Shown: positions 20,065 through 28,269 of the stretch, piece by piece
Layout: each line of letters starts with the position of its first letter
Position numbering within the stretch: position 1 is the first letter of the stretch
From: Acidobacteriota bacterium
GTDB lineage: Bacteria; Acidobacteriota; UBA890; WLXD01
DNA: 64,000 bases
Reading direction: 5' to 3'
Assembly: GCA_963666215.2 (NCBI GenBank)
Contig: CAXWPL010000004.1
Span: 128,001 to 192,000 of the forward strand
The notes under the pieces: model-generated
What the model was told of the DNA's origin: nothing
The model's input: the letters and a program-made list of their open reading frames with translations, nothing else
Databases searched by the model: none
Made by a program: the position numbers and the translations under genes

Positions 20065-21056
20065 CGGAACCGCGGCATCACCTCACGGGCGAAGAGCTCG
20101 AGCGAGCGCGAGGCCTTGTCGACCGGGAAGCCCGGCGGGAACGCCCAGTGAACGAACTCCTCGAAGGGGATCTGCTCGCGCAGCCGGCGGATGGCAGCCT
20201 CGCAGTCGTTCGGCGTCCCGCAGATGAAGTTGCCGCGATCCAGCTGCTCGGCGTCCTCGAGGTCAGGGTCGACGGCATCGCCGGCCTCGCGGTACCAGCG
20301 GCGATAGTCGTTGGCCTGATACAGGTAGTGGTCGCGGATCTCGCGCCACCCGTGCTCCGCGTCCTCACAGCAGTACAGGGCGCGGAAACACTTCATCGAA
20401 TGGTCCGCCGGATCGCGACCCGCGGAGCGCAGTGCGTCGTGATAGGCCTTCTGGACATCGAACGGCGTCGTCGAGGAGGGCAGCAGCCCACAACCGAAGC
20501 GCGCCGCCCGTCTTATTGCCGGCTTCGACTGGCCGCCGATCCACAACGGCATCGGGCTCTGGAGCGGCTTCGGCGTCACTTCCAGGTCGTCGAAGTTCCA
20601 GTATTCGCCGTGGAAGGAGAACGGGCCCGGCTGCCATGCCCGCGTCAAGATTTCCATGGCCTCGTCCATGACTCGGCCGCGGCGTTCGTGTGACACCTCG
20701 AATCCTTCGAACTCCTTGACCCGGTAGCCGACGGCCACCCCCAGGTCGAGGCGTCCACCCGAGAGGATATCGACCACCGCCGCGTCCTCCGCCACCCGCA
20801 GCGGGTGGTGTAGGGGTAACAACAAGATCAAGGTCCCCAGACGCATGCGTTGCGTTCGAGCGGCGACCGCCGCCAGCATCGTCAGCGACGACGGCAAGTA
20901 GCCGTCGTCGATGAAGTGGTGTTCGGAAGTCCACATGGAGTCGTACCCGAGCTCCTCTGCGAGGGTGATCTGATCGAGGATCGCGGGGTAGAGCTCTCCC
21001 CAGGGACGGCTCCACGCACTCGGGTTGCGGAAGTGATACCAGACACCGAATCTCAT
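20061..21056 (-). CDS. LLM-class flavin-dependent oxidoreductase
   Basis: AEELGYDSMWTSEHHF; LPLHHPLRVAEDAAVVDILSGGRLDLG; SLELFAREVMP. Start MRFGV. Confidence 0.9.
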   Translation of the reverse strand: MRFGVWYHFRNPSAWSRPWGELYPAILDQITLAEELGYDSMWTSEHHFIDDGYLPSSLTMLAAVAARTQRMRLGTLILLLPLHHPLRVAEDAAVVDILSGGRLDLGVAVGYRVKEFEGFEVSHERRGRVMDEAMEILTRAWQPGPFSFHGEYWNFDDLEVTPKPLQSPMPLWIGGQSKPAIRRAARFGCGLLPSSTTPFDVQKAYHDALRSAGRDPADHSMKCFRALYCCEDAEHGWREIRDHYLYQANDYRRWYREAGDAVDPDLEDAEQLDRGNFICGTPNDCEAAIRRLREQIPFEEFVHWAFPPGFPVDKASRSLELFAREVMPRFR

Positions 21057-21150
21057 GTTCTCGAGCTCCCGATCGACGCCGGGCGAGGCGCTGTGATGAC
21101 GCGCGCATCGGATCGTTGCTCCATCGTGCGACTCCTCCGCGGACCTCGGC

Positions 21151-22377
21151 TCACCTCGACAATGAGCCCGGATCCTGTTCCAGGTACTCGCGCAGCTGGC
21201 CCACGAACGCCAGCGCCTGCGCGCCATCAACGACACGGTGATCGAAGGTGAGCGACACCGGGAGCACGGGGCGCGCCACCACTGATCCGTTCTCCACGAC
21301 CGCACGATCGACGATGCGTCCGAGACCGAGAATCGCGACCTCCGGGGGCCGGATCAGCGAGGTGCCATAGTGGCCACCGGCAGGACCCACATTACTGATC
21401 GTGAAGGTCCCGCCGCGCATATCCTCCGGCGTCAGCTCGTGCTGCTCGGCAGCGTCGCAGAGACGCTGAATCTCCACACCAATCTCGAAGAGATCGCGAC
21501 CGTCTGCCCGTTTCACGACCGGCACGACCAGGCCCTCCGACGACGACACGGCGATGCCGATGTCGCGGGCTTTCTTCAGCACGATCATCTCGCGCGACTC
21601 GTCGAGTGAAGCGTTCAGCCAGGGGTGCTGCCGCAGCGCCAGGGCGACGGCCTTCACCACGAAAGAGAGGTACGTCAGCTTGACGCCACGCGACTCCGCC
21701 TCGGGCTTCAGACGCTCGCGCTCGGCAACCAGCCGGCCGACTACGAACTCGTGGAACCCGGCAACGTGCGGGATTTCTCTGTACGACTTGGCGAGGGTCT
21801 CCGCGACACGGCGCCGGATGCCTCGCAGGGGCACCTCTTCGTCTGCGGTGACCGCCGCAACTGCCGTGTCGCCCGCCGCAGCGGCGGCAGCGCTCCCCGA
21901 GAGCGAGTCGAAATGGCGCTGGACGTCCTCCGGGAGGATCCTTCCCCGCGGGCCGGATCCCGGCACTGCCGTCAGATCCACCCCTAGCTCCCTGGCAAGC
22001 CGGCGCGCCGAGGGCGCGGCAGGCACGTTGCCGGCCGGGGCCCCGGCAGCGGTCTCGAGGGGCGGCGCGGCGACGTTTGCGGCGGCGGTTCCAGCGGCCG
22101 GCGCGCCGGCGTCGGCAGTATCGGCGGTGCCCGGATCGGCGACGTCCATCACCAGTAACAGGTCACCCACCGGCACCCGCTCGCCCACCGCGGCAGCCAG
22201 GTGGACGATCCGTCCGGTGGCGGGTGCCGGCATCGACACGATCGACTTGTCGGTTTCGATGTCGGCGATCTCCTGGTTCTCTTCGACCCAGTCGCCGACG
22301 GCGATCTTCCATTCCGAGACCTCGACCTCAGCCAGACCTTCACCGACGTCGGGCATGTGGAATTCGAACTTCGCCAT
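21151..22377 (-). CDS. 2-oxoacid dehydrogenase E2 (dihydrolipoamide acyltransferase)
   Basis: Lipoyl domain ETDKS; E3-binding PSARRLARELG..GSGPRGRI; FDHRVVDG. Confidence 0.95.
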   Translation of the reverse strand: MAKFEFHMPDVGEGLAEVEVSEWKIAVGDWVEENQEIADIETDKSIVSMPAPATGRIVHLAAAVGERVPVGDLLLVMDVADPGTADTADAGAPAAGTAAANVAAPPLETAAGAPAGNVPAAPSARRLARELGVDLTAVPGSGPRGRILPEDVQRHFDSLSGSAAAAAAGDTAVAAVTADEEVPLRGIRRRVAETLAKSYREIPHVAGFHEFVVGRLVAERERLKPEAESRGVKLTYLSFVVKAVALALRQHPWLNASLDESREMIVLKKARDIGIAVSSSEGLVVPVVKRADGRDLFEIGVEIQRLCDAAEQHELTPEDMRGGTFTISNVGPAGGHYGTSLIRPPEVAILGLGRIVDRAVVENGSVVARPVLPVSLTFDHRVVDGAQALAFVGQLREYLEQDPGSLSR

Positions 22378-22380
22378 GGC

Positions 22381-23364
22381 TCAGACCTGCGTCGCTTTCT
22401 CGATCCCCGCGAGCACGCGGGCCTCGTCGATCAAGTACTGGGGCTCCAGCATCTGCACGGGATAGGGCGTGTCGGGTCCGCAAACGCGGACGAGCGGTCG
22501 ATGCAGCGCGAAGAAAGCGTCCTCGTTCTCGAGAATCGTGGCAATCACCTCGCCGGCGAATCCAGCGGTCTTGGAGGCCTCGTGGACGATCACTCCGCGG
22601 CCCGTTTTGGCCACGGACGCCCAGAGAGTCTCCGCATCGAGCGGCACCAGGGTCCGCAGATCGATCACCTCAACCGAGATGCCGCGCTGCGCGGCGGTTT
22701 CCGCGGCCGCCGTCACGACCTCCACCGCGGCGCTCCAGGCGATCACGGTGCAATCGGTGCCCTCGCGCACAACGCGCGCTTTGCCCAGCGGCACGAGGTG
22801 CTCTCCGTCGGGAACCTCTCCTCGGATCAGCCGGTATCCACGCAACGGCTCGATGTAGATCACCGGGTCGGGGTCGCGCACGGCGCTCGCCAGCAGTCCC
22901 TTGGCGTCGGCGGGGTTGGACGGAGCCACCATCTTCAGCCCGGGTGCGTGGGCGAGGTGGGCCTCGAAGGAATCGGAGTGCATCTCCGGCGCTCGAACGC
23001 CGCCGCCGCACGGCATGCGCAGGGTCACCGGGGCCGAGAGGCTGCCCCACGACCGGTAGCGCACGCGGGCGAGCTGCTCGACGATCTGATTGAAGGCGTT
23101 GTGGGTGAATCCCATGAACTGGATCTCCGCCACTGGCACCATGCCGGCGATCGCCAACCCCACCGCGGCGCCGACGATGGCGCCCTCCGCCAGCGGCGTG
23201 TCGACAACCCGAGCCGATCCGAACCGCTCCTGGAGCCGGTCTGTGGCGCGGAACACGCCGCCCGACTGACCGACGTCCTCACCCAGGATCATCACCCGCT
23301 CGTCGCGCTCCATCTCGGCTTCCAGAGTCGACCGGATCGCCTCCACCATGGTCATGTCGGACAT
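22381..23364 (-). CDS. 2-oxoacid dehydrogenase E1 beta subunit
   Basis: GEDVGQSGGVFRAT; DTPLAE; EIQF; IDLRTLVPLD. Confidence 0.95.
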   Translation of the reverse strand: MSDMTMVEAIRSTLEAEMERDERVMILGEDVGQSGGVFRATDRLQERFGSARVVDTPLAEGAIVGAAVGLAIAGMVPVAEIQFMGFTHNAFNQIVEQLARVRYRSWGSLSAPVTLRMPCGGGVRAPEMHSDSFEAHLAHAPGLKMVAPSNPADAKGLLASAVRDPDPVIYIEPLRGYRLIRGEVPDGEHLVPLGKARVVREGTDCTVIAWSAAVEVVTAAAETAAQRGISVEVIDLRTLVPLDAETLWASVAKTGRGVIVHEASKTAGFAGEVIATILENEDAFFALHRPLVRVCGPDTPYPVQMLEPQYLIDEARVLAGIEKATQV

Positions 23365-23366
23365 CG

Positions 23367-24440
23367 TCACATCCCCCGCGGCGAGGGAAGAGCAGATACG
23401 TGCCGCAGGCTCTCCTCGAGACTCGGCGGTGCTTCGGCCTGTGCTTCCGCCCACGCCGCCTCGAGCTGCGCGTTGATCTCCTCCTCCATGGCGCGTTCGA
23501 TCTCGTCGTCCCACTTGCCCTTGCGCGCAAGGTAGCGCTGGATGCGGAACAGCGGATCCTTGGGCTCCCAGGTCGCCCGCAGCGCCGGGTCCTCGAACCG
23601 TGTGCCGGCATCGGCGGTGGTGTGGATGCCAAGACGGTAGGTAAAGCCCTCGATGAGAGTCGGGCCGTCACCGCGTCGCGCCCGCGCCACCGCGTCGCGC
23701 ATGACCTCGTAGACGGCAAACAGATCGTTGCCGTCAACCAGCACTCCCGGGAACCCGCAGGCCATGGCCTTGTGGGCCACGGTCGGAGCCGCGGTCTGCA
23801 GCGGTCGCGACGTCGAGATCGCCCAGTGGTTGTTCTGACAGAAGAAAATGACCGGCGCCTTGCTCACGCCGGCGAAGTTCGCAGGCTCGTAGAAGTCCCC
23901 GTGCGAGCTGGCGCCCTCGCCGAAGTGCACCACCACAACATCATCTCGGCCGCGCAACCTCAATCCCCACCCCAGCCCGACTGCGTGTGAGATCTGCCCA
24001 GCAACCGCTGCCTGAAAGGGCAGCATCCGGAGCCCCTCCGGAATGTGGAAGCCGAGAGGGCTGCCCATGTGCCAGAGATATCCACGCACCAGAGCAAAGC
24101 CGTGGAGGAATTGTCCGGCGGCCTCGCGATACTGGGGCACGAACCAGTCCCGCTCGGGCTCCACGGCCATCACGCTCCCAACACTGCAGGCCTCCTGGCC
24201 GATGCCAGGGGCAAAGGTCACCATCAAGCCGCGTCGCTGGAGCTTGATGCAGTGCTCGTCAAAGCGCCGCCCCAGCATCATCGCGCGCAGCCCGGCGAGG
24301 GCTTCGTCGTCGGTGAGGGGTGGTGTATCGACCAGGAGGTTGCCGTCGGTGTCGAGCACCGAGTAAGGCTCCGGCACATCCTCTGGTGTGATCTCGAGAA
24401 CCCGGTATCTCGTCGTCTTCAGCATCGCCTTCTTCCCCAT
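23367..24440 (-). CDS. 2-oxoacid dehydrogenase E1 alpha subunit (pyruvate/branched-chain type)
   Basis: GQEA; PQYRE; ThDP motif FGEGASSHGDFYE..QNNHWAIS; TYRLGIHTTAD. Confidence 0.93.
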   Translation of the reverse strand: MGKKAMLKTTRYRVLEITPEDVPEPYSVLDTDGNLLVDTPPLTDDEALAGLRAMMLGRRFDEHCIKLQRRGLMVTFAPGIGQEACSVGSVMAVEPERDWFVPQYREAAGQFLHGFALVRGYLWHMGSPLGFHIPEGLRMLPFQAAVAGQISHAVGLGWGLRLRGRDDVVVVHFGEGASSHGDFYEPANFAGVSKAPVIFFCQNNHWAISTSRPLQTAAPTVAHKAMACGFPGVLVDGNDLFAVYEVMRDAVARARRGDGPTLIEGFTYRLGIHTTADAGTRFEDPALRATWEPKDPLFRIQRYLARKGKWDDEIERAMEEEINAQLEAAWAEAQAEAPPSLEESLRHVSALPSPRGM

Positions 24441-24503
24441 CTCTTGCCTGGCCCAGCCGGCCGCGCGACGACGGCACTTGGCCGTCGGCGCGTATCACTC
24501 TCT

Positions 24504-25430
24504 TCAAGCATCGAGCGTCGCAATGATCTCGCGGCCGAAAGCGTGGACGAGCTCCACGTGCTGCTCCGCGGTCTCGTGCTCGAACTGGCACACGAAGTCG
24601 GTCGCCCCGAGATCCCGGTAGCGCCGCAGGAAGGCCCGTATCTGAGCAAAGGACCCGCGACACCCTATCTCCGACTCGCCTCCCATGTAGTGCCCTTCTA
24701 CACCGTCTCCGTGACGTGCGATTCCAGTCGCCTCGAACAGGTCGACGCTGAAACGAACCGTCGCCGCCAACGCCTTCTCACCACGACCCTTCGCTAGCCG
24801 ATTCATGCGTTCCACGGCGCGGCCGAAATCGTCCGGCATGACCTCGTCGCCATGCCAACCATCGCCGAGCAGGCCCGCACGCCGCACGGCAGCCGCCGAG
24901 TTGCCACCGATCCAGATCGGCGGTCCGCCCGGCTGTGAGGGCTTGGGCTCGAACAGCGCCTCACCGTAGTGGTAGAACTCACCCTGGAAGCGAGGCCGCG
25001 CCTCGGTCCAGAGGTTCCTGAGCACGCCGATGGACTCGTCCAGCAGACGCCCGCGCTGGTGGAAGGGCGCGCCGACGAAATCGTACTCCTCCTCGTTCCA
25101 GCCGACCGCCACGGCGACGATCAAGCGCCCCGGGGCGAGGGCGTCGAGCGTCGCCAGCTGCTTGGCGGCCAGCACCGCATTCCGCATCGGCAGCACCAGC
25201 ACCGACGTCCCGATGCGGATCCTGTCGGTATGCGCGGCTACCCAGGTCAGCGTCACAAGGCTCTCGTAGACGTTCCCGTAGCGCGGGTGCTCGGGACCGA
25301 CCAGAATATGGTCGGTCGTCCAGATCGACGTGTACCCGGCCTGCTCCGCCGCCTGCGCGACACCGAGAATGTGTTCCGCCGACGGATTCGCACCATATTT
25401 GAAGTTGGGAAGCGCAACTCCGAAATCCAC
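24504..25430 (-). CDS. LLM-class, probably F420-dependent oxidoreductase
   Basis: AEQAGYTSIWTTDH; GTSVLVLPMRNAVLAAKQLATLD; PPIWIGG; GDGWH. Confidence 0.9.
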   Translation of the reverse strand: MDFGVALPNFKYGANPSAEHILGVAQAAEQAGYTSIWTTDHILVGPEHPRYGNVYESLVTLTWVAAHTDRIRIGTSVLVLPMRNAVLAAKQLATLDALAPGRLIVAVAVGWNEEEYDFVGAPFHQRGRLLDESIGVLRNLWTEARPRFQGEFYHYGEALFEPKPSQPGGPPIWIGGNSAAAVRRAGLLGDGWHGDEVMPDDFGRAVERMNRLAKGRGEKALAATVRFSVDLFEATGIARHGDGVEGHYMGGESEIGCRGSFAQIRAFLRRYRDLGATDFVCQFEHETAEQHVELVHAFGREIIATLDA

Positions 25431-25718
25431 TCTGGTCCCCTGATCCGTGCCGTCCAGACGTGGCGGCGAGTTGGCAGAATACCGCCGCAGCCTTCGACTT
25501 TCCAGTTAATAGAAGATTGGCACGCTACGACGTCGATTCGATCGCTTACGATAGGCTGAACCGGGGCCGGAGGTGCGTGTTTCTCTTAGTCGATCCCGCG
25601 CGACTACAGTAGGTACTTTCGTCGCTGTTCGCGCAAGTTCAACCGGAAAGTAGAATAATCGGACGTCGTCCGCCGTACGTCCCGATTCGGACCCCTGGCG
25701 TGCACTGAAGGAGCCGCG

Positions 25719-26789
25719 GTGGGACCCAAGCTAGGAGCATCCGTCGCCCTCACGGGGCCAGAGGCCGAGTATGGGGCCCAGCTCCGCGTGGTCATCGAGC
25801 TAGCCCTGGCGGACGCCGGCCTGCCGGGTGTGGAGCTCGAGGTCGTCGACGACGCATCAGATCCGACGCGCGCCGTGCAGGCGGCCGAAGCATTGATTGA
25901 CGATCCTGCTGTTGTTGCCGTGGTAGGCCCGATGAACTCCTGGACCTGTGCCGTTCAGGCGCCGCTGTTCCACCAGGCGGGTCTGCAACACATCACGAAC
26001 TCGGCGTCGGCTCCGGAGCTTTCCAGGGGCGGTTGGCAGACCTTCCGGCGAATGTGCCCTGCCGACGACCTTCAGGGAGACGTGCTCGCGGCGGTAGCTC
26101 ATCGGCTCGTCGAGGCAAAGCGGGTGGCGGCGATTCACGACTGTACGAGCTTCGCCGAGCCGCTCGTGGACCGCTTCTCTGAGCGTGCCGGCGAGCTCGG
26201 GCTCGAGGTCGTACCGGCCGTCGGCATGACGCCCGGCCAGGTGCCCGATGTTCTGCTGGAACCACTCGTCGCACGGCGGCCACAGGCGCTGCTGATCGCC
26301 GGCCTGGAGGAACCGTGCCGGGTCGCCGCGCAAGCCATGCGCAGACTCGGCAGCGATGCCGTCTTGCTCGGCACCGATGCCATCAAGCCCACCCGAGTGC
26401 TCGTCACCGACGGGCCCTACGAGGGCCCGTACCTGACCTGTTCAACCGCCAATGCAGCGAGCGTGGCGCCGCTGCTCGATGCACGCATCCGCGAGCGCCA
26501 CGGACGCCACGACTCGATCTACACCGTGGAGGGATACGACGCGACGCGGATGCTGCTCGAGGCGCTGAGACGAGCTCTCGCCGGAGCACAGCAAGGCGAT
26601 CAGCGCGACGACGATCTCAGGCGCCGCGTCGGGGTGGCGCTCGCCGGGCTCGACGACTTCGCCGGCGCCGGTGGCCCGATTCGCTTCGACGATCGCGGCG
26701 AACGTCTCAACCCGATCGTTTCCATCTACCGCCAAGAGGGATCCGAGCTCCGCTATCTCGGAACCGCCGACGACATCGTGCCGTTGTGA
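25719..26789 (+). CDS. Branched-chain amino-acid (LivK-type) substrate-binding-fold protein, no visible signal peptide
   Basis: LTGPEAEYG; DDASDP; VVGPMNS; FRRMCPADDLQG; GYDA; GPIRFDDRGE. AAGGAG RBS directly before the GTG. Confidence 0.82.
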   Translation: MGPKLGASVALTGPEAEYGAQLRVVIELALADAGLPGVELEVVDDASDPTRAVQAAEALIDDPAVVAVVGPMNSWTCAVQAPLFHQAGLQHITNSASAPELSRGGWQTFRRMCPADDLQGDVLAAVAHRLVEAKRVAAIHDCTSFAEPLVDRFSERAGELGLEVVPAVGMTPGQVPDVLLEPLVARRPQALLIAGLEEPCRVAAQAMRRLGSDAVLLGTDAIKPTRVLVTDGPYEGPYLTCSTANAASVAPLLDARIRERHGRHDSIYTVEGYDATRMLLEALRRALAGAQQGDQRDDDLRRRVGVALAGLDDFAGAGGPIRFDDRGERLNPIVSIYRQEGSELRYLGTADDIVPL

Positions 26790-27526
26790 GGTCGGGCTTG
26801 GAGGGGCTCCAGGCGCTGGTCACTGGTGGCGGCCGGGGGATCGGACTGGCGATCGTCCGCGAGCTGGCAGCACGCGGTGCACGCGTCGTCGCCGGCGACC
26901 TTCCCGCCGTTCTCGAAACCTGGCCGGGAGTCGACGGCGCCGTGCCGATGGTGCTCGACGTCACCAGCGAGGCGGGGCGCGGCGCGGTTGTCGATGAGCT
27001 CGCCAAGCAACCCGGGCACCTCGACATCCTGGTGAACAACGCCGGCGTTCACCTCGATCGGCCGCTCGAAGCGGTCACCGACATGGACTGGAATCGCGTG
27101 CTGTCGGTTAACCTGCAGGGTGTCTACTTCCTTTGCCAGGCAGCGTTGCCACTGCTGCGGGCCACAGCCTCGCCGGCGATCGTCAACCTCGCCAGCACGT
27201 CGGCCTACGTTGGCTCTCCCGGCCAATCGGTGTACGAAATCTCCAAGGCCGGGGTCGTCATGCTGACCCGGTCGCTGGCGCTGGAGCTCGCACCTTGTGG
27301 GGTACGTGTCAACGCCGTCGCACCGGGGCTCATCGACACCGACATGTCCCAATCGTTGTTCCCAACACCCGAGGCAATGCGAGACCGCGCCCGAGACAAC
27401 GTCCCGATCGGCCGACCAGGGGAACCCGCCGAGGTGGCCCGAGCGGTAGCGTTCCTGGCGTCGCCGGACGCCAGCTACGTGGTCGGCCACACACTGCTGG
27501 TTGATGGTGGCTGGATGCTGCGATGA
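26786..27526 (+). CDS. Short-chain dehydrogenase/reductase
   Basis: TGGGRGIG; NNAG; YEISK; VNAVAPG; VDGG. GTGA overlap with the upstream stop. Confidence 0.9.
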   Translation: MRSGLEGLQALVTGGGRGIGLAIVRELAARGARVVAGDLPAVLETWPGVDGAVPMVLDVTSEAGRGAVVDELAKQPGHLDILVNNAGVHLDRPLEAVTDMDWNRVLSVNLQGVYFLCQAALPLLRATASPAIVNLASTSAYVGSPGQSVYEISKAGVVMLTRSLALELAPCGVRVNAVAPGLIDTDMSQSLFPTPEAMRDRARDNVPIGRPGEPAEVARAVAFLASPDASYVVGHTLLVDGGWMLR

Positions 27527-28239
27527 GCGTGCGAGGAGGAGGACACGGCACCATCGGCGGGTGCCTGATCGTGACGTTCATCGCGCTTTGGTCCACATCA
27601 GCACTCTCGTCGGCGGGACCGCTGACATCACGTCACCTCAGCGTGCCGCTCGACTCGAGCTCGTCGGGGTTCCTTACGTCAGTGACCGGGCTACAGTGCG
27701 ACAGTTGCCATGGTGTGCCGCCTGCGACCGGGGCCCATGCCGCGCACGCGGACTGGGATTCGTACGACTTCGGTTTCGACTGCAACAGCTGCCACTTTGA
27801 GACCTTCCCGCAGCTGCACGACGACGGCACCGTCGACGTGCGCCTCAGCCCCACGTTACCGACGATCGGCAACATCGGCGTCACGTACGGGAACGGCACC
27901 TGCTCCGACTCCTACTGTCACTCGGACGGCCGGGGCAAGGCCCGCGCCGTGAGCTGGAACGACGGCACGGTACTCGGTTGCGATGGCTGCCACGACTACC
28001 GCACCAGCCTCGAGATCGACATGTCCGGGAACCACCAGTTTCATCTGAACTCGGGGGTCGAATGTGCCGCGTGCCACGCCGAGATCGTCAACGTGGCCGA
28101 TCTCGTCACTGAGTTTCCGCGGCACGTCGACGGCACGGTGGATGTCGCGGTTCTCGCCGGCGACTATGACGCTGGCACGGCGTCGTGCCAGAACGGATGT
28201 CACGAAACGCGCGTGTGGCCATCCGGCGGCCGGCCTTGA
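27523..28239 (+). CDS. Exported multiheme c-type cytochrome, CxxxxCH/CxxCH type
   Basis: Signal/TM segment, then CDSCH, CNSCH, CSDSYCH, CDGCH, CAACH and CQNGCH. Confidence 0.85.
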   Translation: MSVRGGGHGTIGGCLIVTFIALWSTSALSSAGPLTSRHLSVPLDSSSSGFLTSVTGLQCDSCHGVPPATGAHAAHADWDSYDFGFDCNSCHFETFPQLHDDGTVDVRLSPTLPTIGNIGVTYGNGTCSDSYCHSDGRGKARAVSWNDGTVLGCDGCHDYRTSLEIDMSGNHQFHLNSGVECAACHAEIVNVADLVTEFPRHVDGTVDVAVLAGDYDAGTASCQNGCHETRVWPSGGRP

Positions 28240-28269
28240 CCTCGCCACCACCCGGGGCGAGCGAGCATC

